64,000 nt of DNA from Camelus dromedarius (taxonomy: Eukaryota): positions 44,456,001 to 44,520,000 of the forward strand of contig NC_087437.1 of the NCBI RefSeq assembly GCF_036321535.1, in the 5' to 3' direction. This document shows positions 52,170 to 64,000 of the stretch, piece by piece; the first letter of the stretch is position 1, and each line of letters opens with the position of its first letter. Both the position numbers and the translations under genes were made by a program. The notes under the pieces are model-generated. The model saw only the letters and a program-made list of their open reading frames with translations, was not told the origin of the DNA and made no database searches.

Positions 52170-53124
52170 TGTTAATTTTGATGTAAACTTTGGTCCTGAA
52201 TGGTGGAAAATTCTAGAAAAGTAGGATAAATGTATTCAGACCACAGAGATTAGCCGTGGGACAAGGAAGGGTAGGCTGGCAGGGAGACTTACTATTGCAG
52301 CTTCTTCATGGACCTCAGCGGGCCCAGCTGGCAGAGGCGGGTATTTGCAGGTTGTCGTGTGAGCCAAGGTGTTACCGTAGGCACTTATTAAGGGTACTAT
52401 GTCTACTCTGGCAGTGAGAGAAGATTTTACAGCAGAAATTCAGCAATACTGGGTTTTGAAGACTTTTGTAACTCCAAGATCTAAAATAATGAGCCGGTTT
52501 CCCAGCAGTATTTTTTGAATTCATCCTTCCCTCATTGTTTGTGGGGCTACCTCTTTGATGTCCACAGATCTTCTGGATTCTCTGTTTTATTCCATGGCTT
52601 GTTGGCTTCTGTAGTAGTGACACATCTTTTATTTTTATATCTTTGTAATATGTATTTATTTTAATGCTGCTACTTTTCATATTCTCCAAATTGATAATGC
52701 CGCTTCTCTTATTTTTCCAAAATTTCTTAATTTTTCTCTTTATTTTTAGCTATATACTCCTACAAACATTTTCAAGGTAATTTTAATTTAAAACTTATTG
52801 CATGGAAGGTTGTCATTTAACAATATTATCTTGTTCTATACATGACTGCATGTTTATTTAGGTCTTCATGTCTTTTCAGTAGAGTGCTAACTCATAACAC
52901 TTTCATGGGGACATATTTATTTTTCAGATTAATTCAAAGATACCATACAGTTCGACTGTTAGTGTAAAGTGTACTTAAGTTTCTCTAGCATTTTTCTTTA
53001 AAATTTTTAATGAGTAAGTATTTCAAGTATCAGCAAAGTACAAAAATGATGTTAATGACACCTATAGCAGCAAGAGAAAACAGTTAGCTACCTAGACAGT
53101 AAAAACTGTAAACACTTAAAAAGT

Positions 53125-53355
53125 GTTCATTATACACCAAGCACTGTTACAAATGCTTTACATGCGTCAACTCAGTAACCCTATCACAACACAATGAGGA
53201 AGGTATGATTATCCCCACTTTATAGTTGAGGGAAATGAGACACAAAGGTTACATAATTTGCCACAGTTACACAGCTGATGATAGCTGTGAGAGTTTGAAT
53301 TCAAACCCATGCTGTTTGGTTCCAAAGCCTGTGCACTCACCCACAATGCTATGCA
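53125..53355 (-). mobile_element. MIR SINE, near full length
   Basis: ccaagcactgttacaaatgctttacatg...attatccccactttatagttgagggaaatgagacacaaaggtta...gaattcaaacccatgctgtttggttccaaagcctgtgc. Confidence 0.85.
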
Positions 53356-53931
53356 TCTCTAACAATTAAATTGTTATAGATGAAGCTAAAAGCCCCATCC
53401 ACAAAGCCTTACTGTATCTGGAAGTGCAAGTCCCCATCTTGTGGGCTGGAGTGGGGAGGAAGTAAAAGACTTCTGAGGAATGAAGTGGATACATTTGTCT
53501 TTGACTCCCAGAAGGCTGACACAGTACCTCCAAAAGAATACTGTCTCAGGAAATGTGATTTGAATAAACCTGTCTCTGTTCTGGCACAGGAATATAAGAA
53601 AGGAGAAAAATTTGGTCCATGTCTCCAAAATTTCCCACAGAAATTGCTACTGAAACTGTTGTATCAGCAGCTTCAATTATTTGTTTCTTTCAGTATTAAC
53701 ATTGCATGTTTATATTAAGTGAGCATTTCATGATACATCAGAATTAATTTTAATGTTTAACTCTTCAAAATTTATATATGACCCACTCCTGCACTTAATT
53801 TTAGGAAAAGAAGTGAGTGAGACTCTAGAGTTTAATCAGTAGTTATTATCAACCTAAGATCTTTGTAACAGCTGTAGGAATTATGTATCTGCCTAAATTC
53901 TATACTTGATCTCGCTTGGAATCGCTACAGC

Positions 53932-54321
53932 TATATTAGAGTTCTTTAGAAAAACAGAACCAGTAGGATGTAGAATGTGTGTGTGTCTCTGTATTTATTT
54001 ATTGTAAGTAACTGGCTCATGTGATTACAGAGGCTGGAAAGTCCAAGGGTTCAAGATCTGTAGGGTGAGTTGGCACACAGGAGACCCAGAGAGCTTCCAG
54101 TATGGTTACAGTCCCAAAGCCAGCAAATTTGAGACTAAGGAAGAGTCCATGTTTCGGTGGGAATTCAAGGGCAGGAGAATACCCTGTTCAAAGGCTGTCA
54201 GGTAGGAGCAATTCTCTTACTGGGAGGAATGTCAGCCTTTTTGTTTTGTCATGCCTTCAACTATTGGATGAGGCCAACTATTTATGGCCTAGTCAAGCTG
54301 CACATAAAATTAACCATCATA
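53932..54321 (-). mobile_element. MLT2 (ERVL) solo LTR with an internal deletion
   Basis: tatattagagttctttagaaaaacagaaccagtagga through ggcctagtcaagctgcacataaaattaaccatcata are the reverse complement of the MLT2 ends. The 5-bp flanks acagc and acatc differ by one base. Confidence 0.85.
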
Positions 54322-55087
54322 ACATCTCAAATCAAATATTTGTGGAAAAACAGCATAGTTCTTCAATTCATCCATCTAGCCATCATTTTCCTTGCTGCTT
54401 CTTAGTCAGGGGTGTTTCTATAAATTGACATCCAAGTGGTTACTCAGTCAATACACCCCAGTATACCTGAGCCAGTTGAGTAGAATCCATTCTGAGTGGT
54501 CAGTTTCTATGGTGCGTGGTAGTTGAATATTTTCACATTACTCTTGAATATAATGTAGATACTGTCTAGTAGCATGGTTGTATTATCGTTGGATGCTGAA
54601 CTCTATTTTTGCCAAACTAAATCAGTTATGAACTCTGTTCTCATCAAACATTTGAACTCTGGATGTCTTCCAAGAAGCTTTTTCTATTTCCTTTTGTTAA
54701 AACTGGTCACTTAGGAGGTCAGAAGAGAGAAAATTGCTAACTTACACATCTCCTGAAAGGAAGCATGACAAAATAAGGATAGTGTAAAACCCTGGTAAAA
54801 ATTAATATGTTTAAAGATTAGTACACTTTTGACTTTTTCTAAATCATGACGTAGATAATTTTTATAGAGTTTATGTAAGATTTTTAGTCCTTATCTCTAA
54901 TATTAAAGATTATATTTGTAATCACTTATGCTATGTATTAATTAGCAAGAAAATGAACATCTTTAGACACCTCTCTTCATAAATAGCCATCATTTTAAAA
55001 ACAAAATTGCTCTGAGAAATTTTTAGATATTAAGGAATAAGATAATATTCTATTAAGTTTTAAATAAGTATATTAGATTAAAAATTA

Positions 55088-55612
55088 ACTGGAATTTGGA
55101 GCATTCATACCTCCTGATTTCAAGATTTCTATAAAACTATGGTAATCAAATAATGTGGCACTCTTGTAAGGATATACATATAGGTCAATGGATAGAGTCC
55201 AGAAAAAATGGGATATTACTCTACAATCCAAAGGAACAATTGACCTAAGCAACAGTACAATGAATCTAAAAAATATTAAGCTGAGCAAAAGGGGACAGAC
55301 GTGAGATAGTACACACTGTATGATTCCATTTACATCAAAATTTAGAAAAGAAAAACTAATCTATGGAGACAGAAAGTAGATCAGAGGTTGCCAAAATTGG
55401 TGGTTGAGGGATTGACAGCAAGTGGACATAAGAAAATGCTTTTGGGTAATAGAAATATCCTTACTTGGGGGCAATCAAAATATTCTATGCTTTGCTAGTG
55501 GTGGTGGACACATAAGCATATATATATTTTTAAACTCATTGAAATATGAACTTAAAAACTACCAAATTTTTTATAATGGAAATTATACCTCAAAAAGTTT
55601 ATTTAAAATATA
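55088..55612 (+). mobile_element. Old L1 (L1MC/ME-like): an ORF2 piece joined to 3' UTR
   Basis: cctgatttcaagatttctataaaactatggtaatcaaa, then atgaatctaaaaaatattaagctgag...cactgtatgattccatttacat...gaaagtagatcagaggttgcc. Confidence 0.7.
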
Positions 55613-57822
55613 AAGTAAAATGAAGCTTTGCAAATCCCACTGTAACCAGTGAATAGAATGTTAAATCACATAGACTCTTCCAAGATCTCCACATCTTCCT
55701 GTCTTCTTGGTGAAAGGAAACCTGAATATGTCTTTCCTTCCAATAAAGAATAAGAGGTCTTGAGCTTTTTCTCTACCACTGTGACTATTGCCTCAAAACC
55801 ATAATTTTGTTGGCAAAATAATATAAATTTCTTTGGGCCATAATGCTAATGTCACTCATACATATGCACACTATATTTAAGCATAAACATACATAAAATC
55901 ATTATAATGAACTGTTTTGCCATTTCTCCACTGCTGCTAGTTTCCTTTAGAATGAAAGTAAATTGTAAGTGTGTCTAATTGGTTTATCACTATGAATGTC
56001 AGTTGAGTAATAATTGAGTAGAAAATAACTTTATGTGCGTTCATTTCAGAGCCAGACAAAACTACTGCTTTGCTTTGAATCTTAAACTATTGTGTGTTCA
56101 GTGAATGCTTTTAATTTCTTTCAAATACAAGCATATTGTAGCAACAGTTGATTCAATCTAAATTAGACTTTCCTGTTTATTATGTTTTATTAATTATTTA
56201 TATATACTTTAATAAGAATAATAACTGAGTTTATCTTGCAATATTGATTTATTTAAAGATAAGCTTTACCAAGTAATTAAACATCACATGTTTAATTTTG
56301 TAAGTCAATGTAAATATTAATTGACTGAATAATTTATTCCAACTTATATATACCTACCCATGCCTGGAGTTACATATGTTACTCGAGCTGGAAATAATTA
56401 AAGCAGGACTAAGTTTAAATGGTTTATAAAATACTGTGTTATCTGTAAAATACCAGAGAAATATGATGATGATTTTAGGCTGCTTTGGAAGTGTGATGCA
56501 CAGAACTTCATCTCAAGGGATGAAGAGTCCTAAGTATTCATAGAATTTCATGGGGATAGGATATCTATTAATACAGTGACATTTATGCAGTGATATAATG
56601 AAGAGAGGAAAGGAGTTCACAAACCAAGACTGCTGAAAACAGTCACATTTGAAATACCTAACAGGATTCCCGCAAGTACCTGGTGTAGTAAATGTGACAT
56701 AGTGATTAAAAGATTGAGATTCATATATGTTTTAAGAACATATGCAAATAATGGCTCATGTATTTGCCTTGTGTGCATGGTAAAATTTCTAAATTGTTTT
56801 TAATCTCTTACTAGTCTCCAATATATTTTATATATTAGCCTTGCAGGCAGTTTTACAAAATTATTCAGAGAATGCCATATAAAGAAGAGAATTTGCATTG
56901 ACTTCATTCACACTTACTGAAAAATGTGCTACCTCTCTTTTCCCAATCAGATATTCTTTCAATGCTTTTATCTTGAATAAAAGCACCAGACTTTGGCTTA
57001 TTGGTCATCTATAGTGAGTTTGCCACTAGGCACAAATTCCTAAATCATTTTAATGAGAATTAACAAAAATAAAAAGCAAAGCCCAGCACATGACTTTTAG
57101 GCACTACAAAGAATTTTGCCCTGGGCTTCTTACCTAAAGTCTTTAAGGAACTACTCTGATGTATAATTTAAGTCATAGGCATAGAAGCCAGTTATTTACC
57201 TTTATAGCAACTTTAAAATATACCTGCACTTTGAATGATGGAAACTTGGTATGTGTGTGGGGAGAGTGATTTTGTGACCTGTCTGTTTTTAATTTAGTAG
57301 GTTCTAGCTACAGATTACTCAACTCTTTGGTTTGATCCATGGGTAATTGTTTTCATCAATTGTCACCATCTCTCAATGGAACACAATAAATTGAGCCTCT
57401 ACAAATGCATGGTCAGCATTGGATTGTGAGTTGGGACTTTAATCTTCTTTTGACGTCCAGGGACATCATAGGTTTACCGGATTCATTCTGGAGTCATTCT
57501 GATTATCCATTCAAGAAATGTTCACTGATCATCAATATGGTAGACTTTGTGTTAGAGCGCAGATATAAAAAACTAAAGGGAACTTGGATACTTCTGTGAA
57601 AGGATTTTGTCTCCTTGTGATTGTGCTGGCAGAAAATGAAGGGTTCAACATAGTCCTCCTAAGTTTTTATGTAACCATGTTAGTACGTCAAAATAGATCA
57701 TCAGCTCTGATCACCAGAATAAAATCCCCAAATAAGATATAGTTTCATGTTCTAGAATATTGTATCGTGTGTGTGTTTTTCTTTATTTTTTTAATCAAGA
57801 ACGTTGTATCTTGAGCTTCAGT

Positions 57823-58426
57823 TGTTACTAAACCAAACTTGGGTCTGTTGACCCACCGAGCAGCAAAGCCAATTTACTGATACGGGGTTGTGGTGAAGGT
57901 CCTTCCTTCACCTCAGCATTTATTTGTGAGGAGAATGTGCCCAGCAAGGAGAATGGGCAGCTCAAGCTCAAAAGATTTTGATGGAGTTCAGGGAAGAGCT
58001 TTTAAAGGCAGCATTTGAGGTGAAGGCTGCAGGGTACATGGCTTTCTTCTGATTAGTTGGTGGTGAGATAACTAGGTGATGTTTCAGGAATCTTTATCAT
58101 CCACCTCTGGTTTCAACCATTTTGGGGTCTGAATGCTTGTGATCAGCTTGTAGGCATCACCACCCACCTGGGTGAAGATTAGTTTCCGTGGGGCAGCTCA
58201 AAGATACGCATCGGATTGCTACCTATATTCCTCAACCAGGAATTAGGACTCTGTTTTCTCCTTGAACTGTTGCTTAAGCTATCATTACTTGTCTTGCTTG
58301 ACTTTTCCTTTGCTTCAGTGTTCCCTTGCTTCCCTAATTAAACTGCTTATCTGATCCTTGGAACTCAAGGAAGGTCTAGGAGACTAAAGCCTTTTCTACA
58401 AACAAGGAACAGGAGTGTGTTGTTCA
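57823..58426 (-). mobile_element. MER31-like ERV1 LTR
   Basis: tgttactaaaccaaacttgggtc...gcagcaaagccaatttactga...gcatttatt...ccagcaaggagaatgggcagctca...ttttaaaggc matches the recalled MER31-type LTR in reverse. The right boundary is uncertain. Confidence 0.7.
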
Positions 58427-58944
58427 TGAACCACTTCATAAAATAGTATTTATGAACCAGCCATTTGATCCTAAGCAAAGTGACTTATCTGGCCAAGTTG
58501 CTTTTTTCTATTTGTCTAATTTGGATAGTACGCTTTTATCATGTTCTTTCTAATTTTTAATGTTTTGTTACTTTTTAAGATAAATCCTTATTGTGGTATC
58601 ACTAACTGTGGGCATTTCACATTTTTAAATTGTCTTGTGTTGCTTATAGAGTATCATCATATCAGACCTTACTTTAGTCTGATTATTGAGTCCTGATACT
58701 TGATGTTAACATACCCACTTGCGGATTTGATTTTGCTGTATTTTGTTATACTCATAGTAGTGTAGATAGAGTCACTTATCTTACAGCGAACTAATGTGTG
58801 CCTTTTACACGATAAATATTTTAATTTCTCCTATGTAAAAATCTGGCATTGTCACATATGATGGATTCTGAAATTTTAATGCCTATGAACACATTTCCTC
58901 CCTTTGAAAAAGTGGCTGGAAATAGTTGCAGGTTAATATTTGCT

Positions 58945-59035
58945 AATTATTGTATCCCAGACCTTAGAACAGTGCCTAGGATATAGGGGGGCCCCAGTGA
59001 GTACATGTTGAATGATAGCTAAATTAATGAATAAT
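58945..59035 (+). mobile_element. L2 3' terminus
   Basis: tgtatcccagaccttagaacagtgcctaggatatagg...tgttgaatga. Confidence 0.55.
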
Positions 59036-61604
59036 GCATTTAATTTTATAATTTTTATAAATAAGACCTAGAGGAACAAAGCAGCAGAATACTCACATCC
59101 AACTATTGAATTTTCCATGTTCTCTTGCTGGGCTTTATGTATGTTTTTAATGAAACTCTTACCCATTCAAAACCAGCTTGTGGTAAAACACCTCTGTGTG
59201 GTGACCTTAAGGATCAATGGACCAGGCGGACTTGGAGAGCTTATGTTGTTACTGCAAATCCTTAGACGTGATATTCCTGAGCAGACACTTTGATTTATCT
59301 CACTGCTTTTGAGCTCAGATTGTTGTATTTTAGTTGTGGCTTTGTGGAGAATGCAGATCACTCTTCATGAACCTGGTAAAATTCTGTCAAAGGACTTCTA
59401 ATAATTAATACTTTTCTTTACACTTTAAAACAAGAATGTCAGAAAAGGAGAGAACAAAAAAGTTCTTTAAAAAAAAGTTCTTGTCTTTCGTTTAGAACTT
59501 TGTATTTCTTAGGTTCATAATGTCCAGTCTTAAATCTAGAAAGCCATAGAATTTTCAGATCTGTTTGCTCACTTCCCCTTCTAGCAGCGGTCCCCTCCTC
59601 GCCCCCTAGGATCTGCTGGGGTGCCCTGTTTTTTAACCCAGCGTTTCTGTTTTCTTTCCAAAGTCCTGGCCTTCTGTAAAGTTAAGTCTTTTCTCTCAGT
59701 TACGTATTGTGCATTTCCATACTGGATTCATTTACATCAGGATAAAGCTGAATCATTTTAATTTAACTAGGAAAACAGTCTTAGGACTTAAAAGATCAAC
59801 TTTCATTTATATGGAAAATGCATTTCTGTGGAATACCTTTTAAATGAGGTGCAAATCACTTTTTATTCTTATCCTTTTGTTAAATCTTTGTGTTTCCTTA
59901 AACTACCTTTGGGGCTGTATATTGGAACATTTGTAAGTGCGAGCAGAATGAAGTGTATTATTATACATTTATTTATCGAGGTTAAGTTTTAAGTCAATCC
60001 TATCAGAGTAATGATAACAGCGTAAGCATCAGCGAAGTGTGTGGAACAGCTTAGACGTGACTACAAAAACGCAGGCAGCTGTCTTTTCTGCTTTGCACTC
60101 TTAAAACTCCATTAATTCCAATTTCTCTGTTACACATTTCTGATTCACTGGATATGAAAACTCATACTGAAGCACATTCAATTAGTTGTGATTTAGTCTA
60201 TTCATGTAACGAGGATGGGTGAAGAAGAGAAAACAGGAAGAAAATAATTACTGAGATAGAGAATTTTGGCAGGATTGGTAACTACTGATGTAAACCAGAA
60301 AAAATGTGAATGATGAACAAAATAATCCTTCCCCTTTGTTAAGTGAAGAATGGCATTTAGCTCTAAATTACACCACCAGTGGCCACGGACATTCATTGTG
60401 GATTACTCAATAATGTTGACACTTTCCTAGTCTGAGGATCTGAGGTTCTTTGCTTTGAATCTGAATCGAGAAAAATACAAAAAAGATGTGCAGATACCGT
60501 AAATCCAATTGCCCTTCCAGTGGGGGACATCGTTAGCTGATTAAATCTACTCCTGTGACTGGCCAGCTGTTAGCCAGAGGCGTGAGGGATATTTTAATTT
60601 ACTTTAAGAAGATAAAGTGTAGAATGAATTTGATCATGAGGATGCAGAAAGCAGTAATCAATCTTAAGGTAAGAGGAGCAAAAAAAATTTCTCATTTTTT
60701 TATGTGGGTAATTATTTAAGCAGTCTGAGTTATCCAATCTATAATTGTCCTTTAAATTTTTTTTTCTGTTCAACCTTATTATTAAGTACTATAATATTCA
60801 TGGAGGTGTAGTGAACCACATAATAAGAAATAAGTAATACTTAAAGGAGAGGAAGTAATTTTTTTTTTTAGGTGAATGAAGGGCAAGATTGAATCAAAGA
60901 AAAATATTTGTTTTACTGATGTGTATTTTAGTGGATTAATTTTTAGACTATTTTTATTTGTCCACCTTAATTACTGACAGTCCAGGTGGGGCGTAAGGGA
61001 TTTTGGAATAATAATTACATTTTAGTAACCACTCTTTAGGGTAGTAAACTTTTTTAGTAAATGTTTTTTTTTTCCTATTTGAAATATATCATGTTTAACA
61101 TATACTTCTAAGAAAATGCAAATATTATGGAAATTCCTCACCATATATAGGTTCAGTTAATAGAATATACATTATGGAAAGGTAAAGATATATATTTTTA
61201 GTGTATTAAATATTTTGTATTACTAAAAATATTCATACTTTAACAAAATATTTAGAAAAAGTTAGCGGAGAGATTTTGTAAATACTGGGGCAGTAGGTCT
61301 GCTACTTACTCAAAATAAGTTTACTCACAAATGTTAATGTCTGTCTGTCTCTCTTACTCTCACATACATATGTACATTCCTGAATATTCATGAGTGGAGT
61401 TAACAAAAAGATAAAATTAAAGGAGGGCAGGGGAAAGGGAAGAAGTATGTTTCACAAATTAATTGAAAGCAAATATTAAAAGCAATAAGAAGATTATTGA
61501 GAATAAAAGGCATTGATAGATATGAGTGATCTGTAGATACAGGTTGAGGTGGAGATGATGTTTTCTTTAGAATACTTGAAGAAGCCCCCTGTCATACAGC
61601 GTGA

Positions 61605-61812
61605 GGGAAGACTCACGGGTTTGGAAGACAGGCAGACACAGTTCTCTCTCGGCTCCACCACTTTGTGCTAAGAGATGAGTGAAGTTACTTAAACTTGTGG
61701 ACTCAGTTTCCCCATTTGTGTAAGAAAATAACACTCATCTTCCTGCATTACTGTGTAGATTGAACTGCAAAGTGTATGTCAGGATATGGGCAAATAATAA
61801 ATAATGATTGTT
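61605..61812 (+). mobile_element. MIR SINE
   Basis: ggtttggaagacaggcagac...ggctccaccactt...aagttacttaaacttgtggactcagtttccccatttgtgtaa. Confidence 0.75.
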
Positions 61813-62585
61813 ACTTTCTACGGATAAAACTTAGAAACCAGTACATTGTGTAGCAATCATGCAATTTTTAAGGCTGCCAGAACTAGTTTCACACTTGAAA
61901 AAGCTTTTGAAATTTGCATAGTGTGAAGGAGAATACAATCAAAAAGATTTCCTGTGTATCAGATCAAACTTGGTTTTTCCACTTTCTAACTCCTAAAACA
62001 TACACCAAGCCCTGACGTGAGTCTCTTTATCAGATAATCTCATGGTTACACGTTATTAGTTTCCTTTTAAGGTTTTGTATAGAAATTAGGTTATCATAAT
62101 TTCTCTTAAACTACGCCACACATTGAATAATTTGGCCTTCATTCCCATTTTAAAGTGTTTTTTTAGGGATCATACTACTGGAGAAGCTAGGTAATGACAA
62201 GGATTGTGACATTTTGCACTGATTAGGCATGAAAACTACAGCAGTTTCTGTGAAAATTTTTATAAATCTGAAATGGTGTCTTTTTCATTCATTTCATTGT
62301 ATTTATCTATTGCATGGCTTTACTATGCTTCTTGCTAGATGTCAGTTAGGAAGCCAGTGGGGCAGCAGTGGCGTGCAGGCTGTGGTTCAGCATGGGGCTT
62401 TCGTTCTGCTCCAGAAATACTTGTATAATTACATCAGTAACCCAAAGGACATCTTAATGGATGGCTCCACAGAATTTGAAATTATTTTTCTACATTAGGA
62501 TGAGAGAAACCTACACAACCAAATACAGATTATGATAGTCTTAGTCTTATTTTACTTTTAATAAATTTAAGGACAAATATTCAGA

Positions 62586-62756
62586 GGGGAGGGTATAGCT
62601 CAGTGGTAGAGTGCATGCTTAGCATGCATGAGGTCCTGGGTTCAATCCCCAGTACCTCCATATAAATAGATAGACAGATAAATCTAATTACCTCCCCCCA
62701 CCAAAATTAAAAATAATTGAAAAAATAAAGTAAAAAGACTTTTTTAAAAAAGAAAG
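62586..62756 (+). mobile_element. tRNA-Ala(AGC)-derived SINE, camelid Vic-1 type
   Basis: ggggagggtatagctcagtggtagagtgcatgcttagcatgcatgaggtcctgggttcaatccccagtacctcca carries A box tagctcagtgg and B box gttcaatcc. It is followed by aatctaattacctcccc and an A-rich tail, with a possible target-site duplication aatattca (62576-62583 and 62757-62764). Confidence 0.92.
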
Positions 62757-62785
62757 AATATTCACTGTGAGTTCCACAGGAAAAA

Positions 62786-62827
<42 letters not shown>

Positions 62828-64000
62828 CTATTTGTCCAAGAAGGAAGAGAAAGGGAAGTTGAAGAGAAATGCTGGTCCATGTGAGTTTTCATTATCTGTC
62901 TGGTTCCTTTCATGTCCACCTTAGTCATGAAATTAGGAATCATGAGCTTTTAGATTTGCAGAAATGAACTGGTTAGTAGGTAATCTTCTTCCCTTCAGCT
63001 GTGCAGATATAGAAAAAACTGCCGTCCTTTATTTTCCATTATCTTCTCTCCAGAGAGGTTACAAATGTATGCAAGGATGTCCAAATGTTTATGACCTAAA
63101 TATTCAAAAATTACAACCCTCTGTAAATGTCTGATAGGATGCCCCTCTTTGCAGACTTGACTTTTATAATTGAGACAAAATGGCACATGCCTGCAATAAT
63201 TTCTATATTAATTTGGCATTGTTTCTTCCCATTGTTGGCTTTATTAAAGGCCCTTCCCCTTGACAGCCTCCTGTTTAGTTTCAAAGAGAAGCCAGTGCTC
63301 ATTTCTACTCACAGGGTGTGCTCGGCAGCTGCTGGACCAGATGCTCCAGTGCTGGACACTTTGTCTGATTTGAGTCTAGGGACATGATCAGGCTGCTTTT
63401 GAAATATTTAATTTATCCACATGCCACAGTCTTCAACATGCTGTCAGTTGTGATGAATTTGTTCCATATCTAGTATTTTCAGATATTACAATGTGCAAAT
63501 ACTTCACCAGATCCATACATTAAAAATATATACGTTTCAGTTTTTTTGTTGTTTTCTAGTTCATTGTTTTCTGCTTCCATATCAAATAATTCCTCTTCCT
63601 CATTAATTTTGTTTATTTTTCTAATGTATTAAAATGGGAACTAAATTCCTAGGTAAACTACATAAACTATAAATTTTTAGCTGAATATAAATTGCACTGT
63701 ACCTCAGATACTTCATTTTTATGTAGTCTACTTTTTATTGTGTTCCAGATGCTTTTCACTTGCTCTGTGATCCAAAGTTATTTGAGAATAAATTAATTTT
63801 GTTAATGGTTTTAATATTAATTTCAAGTTGATTGGATAGTGGTAAATAATGTGGCCAATAAAAATGTAATTTTTAGAATTTTTAAAAGATTTTCTTCATG
63901 GCAAATTTCACATAAAATGATTATTGGTGTGTGTACTCTGAGAAATGTGATTCTCTATCTCAAGTTTATTATTTGTTTAATTCCTGTATATCTTTACTTT

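Noticed and set aside
62589..62660. Functional tRNA-Ala(AGC) gene
   Set aside because: It has extra 5' Gs, a SINE-specific 3' body and A-rich tail, a likely target-site duplication and a diverged sister copy at 919-1053, so it is a SINE.
18101..64000. Next NAALADL2 coding exon (expected to begin LSSLEKAGFGGVLLYIDP, from memory)
   Set aside because: I did not see it in the ORF track or by eye. It presumably lies beyond the window, although a short exon could be missed without a tblastn search.

Overview
This is AT-rich, CpG-poor mammalian DNA from inside one very large gene on the + strand: NAALADL2 (N-acetylated alpha-linked acidic dipeptidase-like 2, PSMA/transferrin-receptor M28B family). 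Two internal coding exons are present, 2866-3139 (274 nt) and 17981-18100 (120 nt). They splice in frame and encode the start of the protease-associated (PA/apical) domain. Everything else is intronic and carries interspersed repeats: old and younger L1 fragments (several with target-site duplications, two with twin-priming 5' inversions), MIR and L2, DNA-transposon fossils (MER44, MER47/Tigger5, MER91, MER63-like), four LTR pieces, and two tRNA-Ala-derived SINEs of the camelid Vic-1 type. These SINEs point to a camel, llama or alpaca genome. The other ORFs in the track are L1 remnants or noise. I found no convincing novel multi-gene system. The best leads are retrotransposition mechanics and candidate splicing or regulatory signals in the long introns. 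Repeat family names come from recalled consensus sequences, not a database search, and boundaries of old repeats are approximate.
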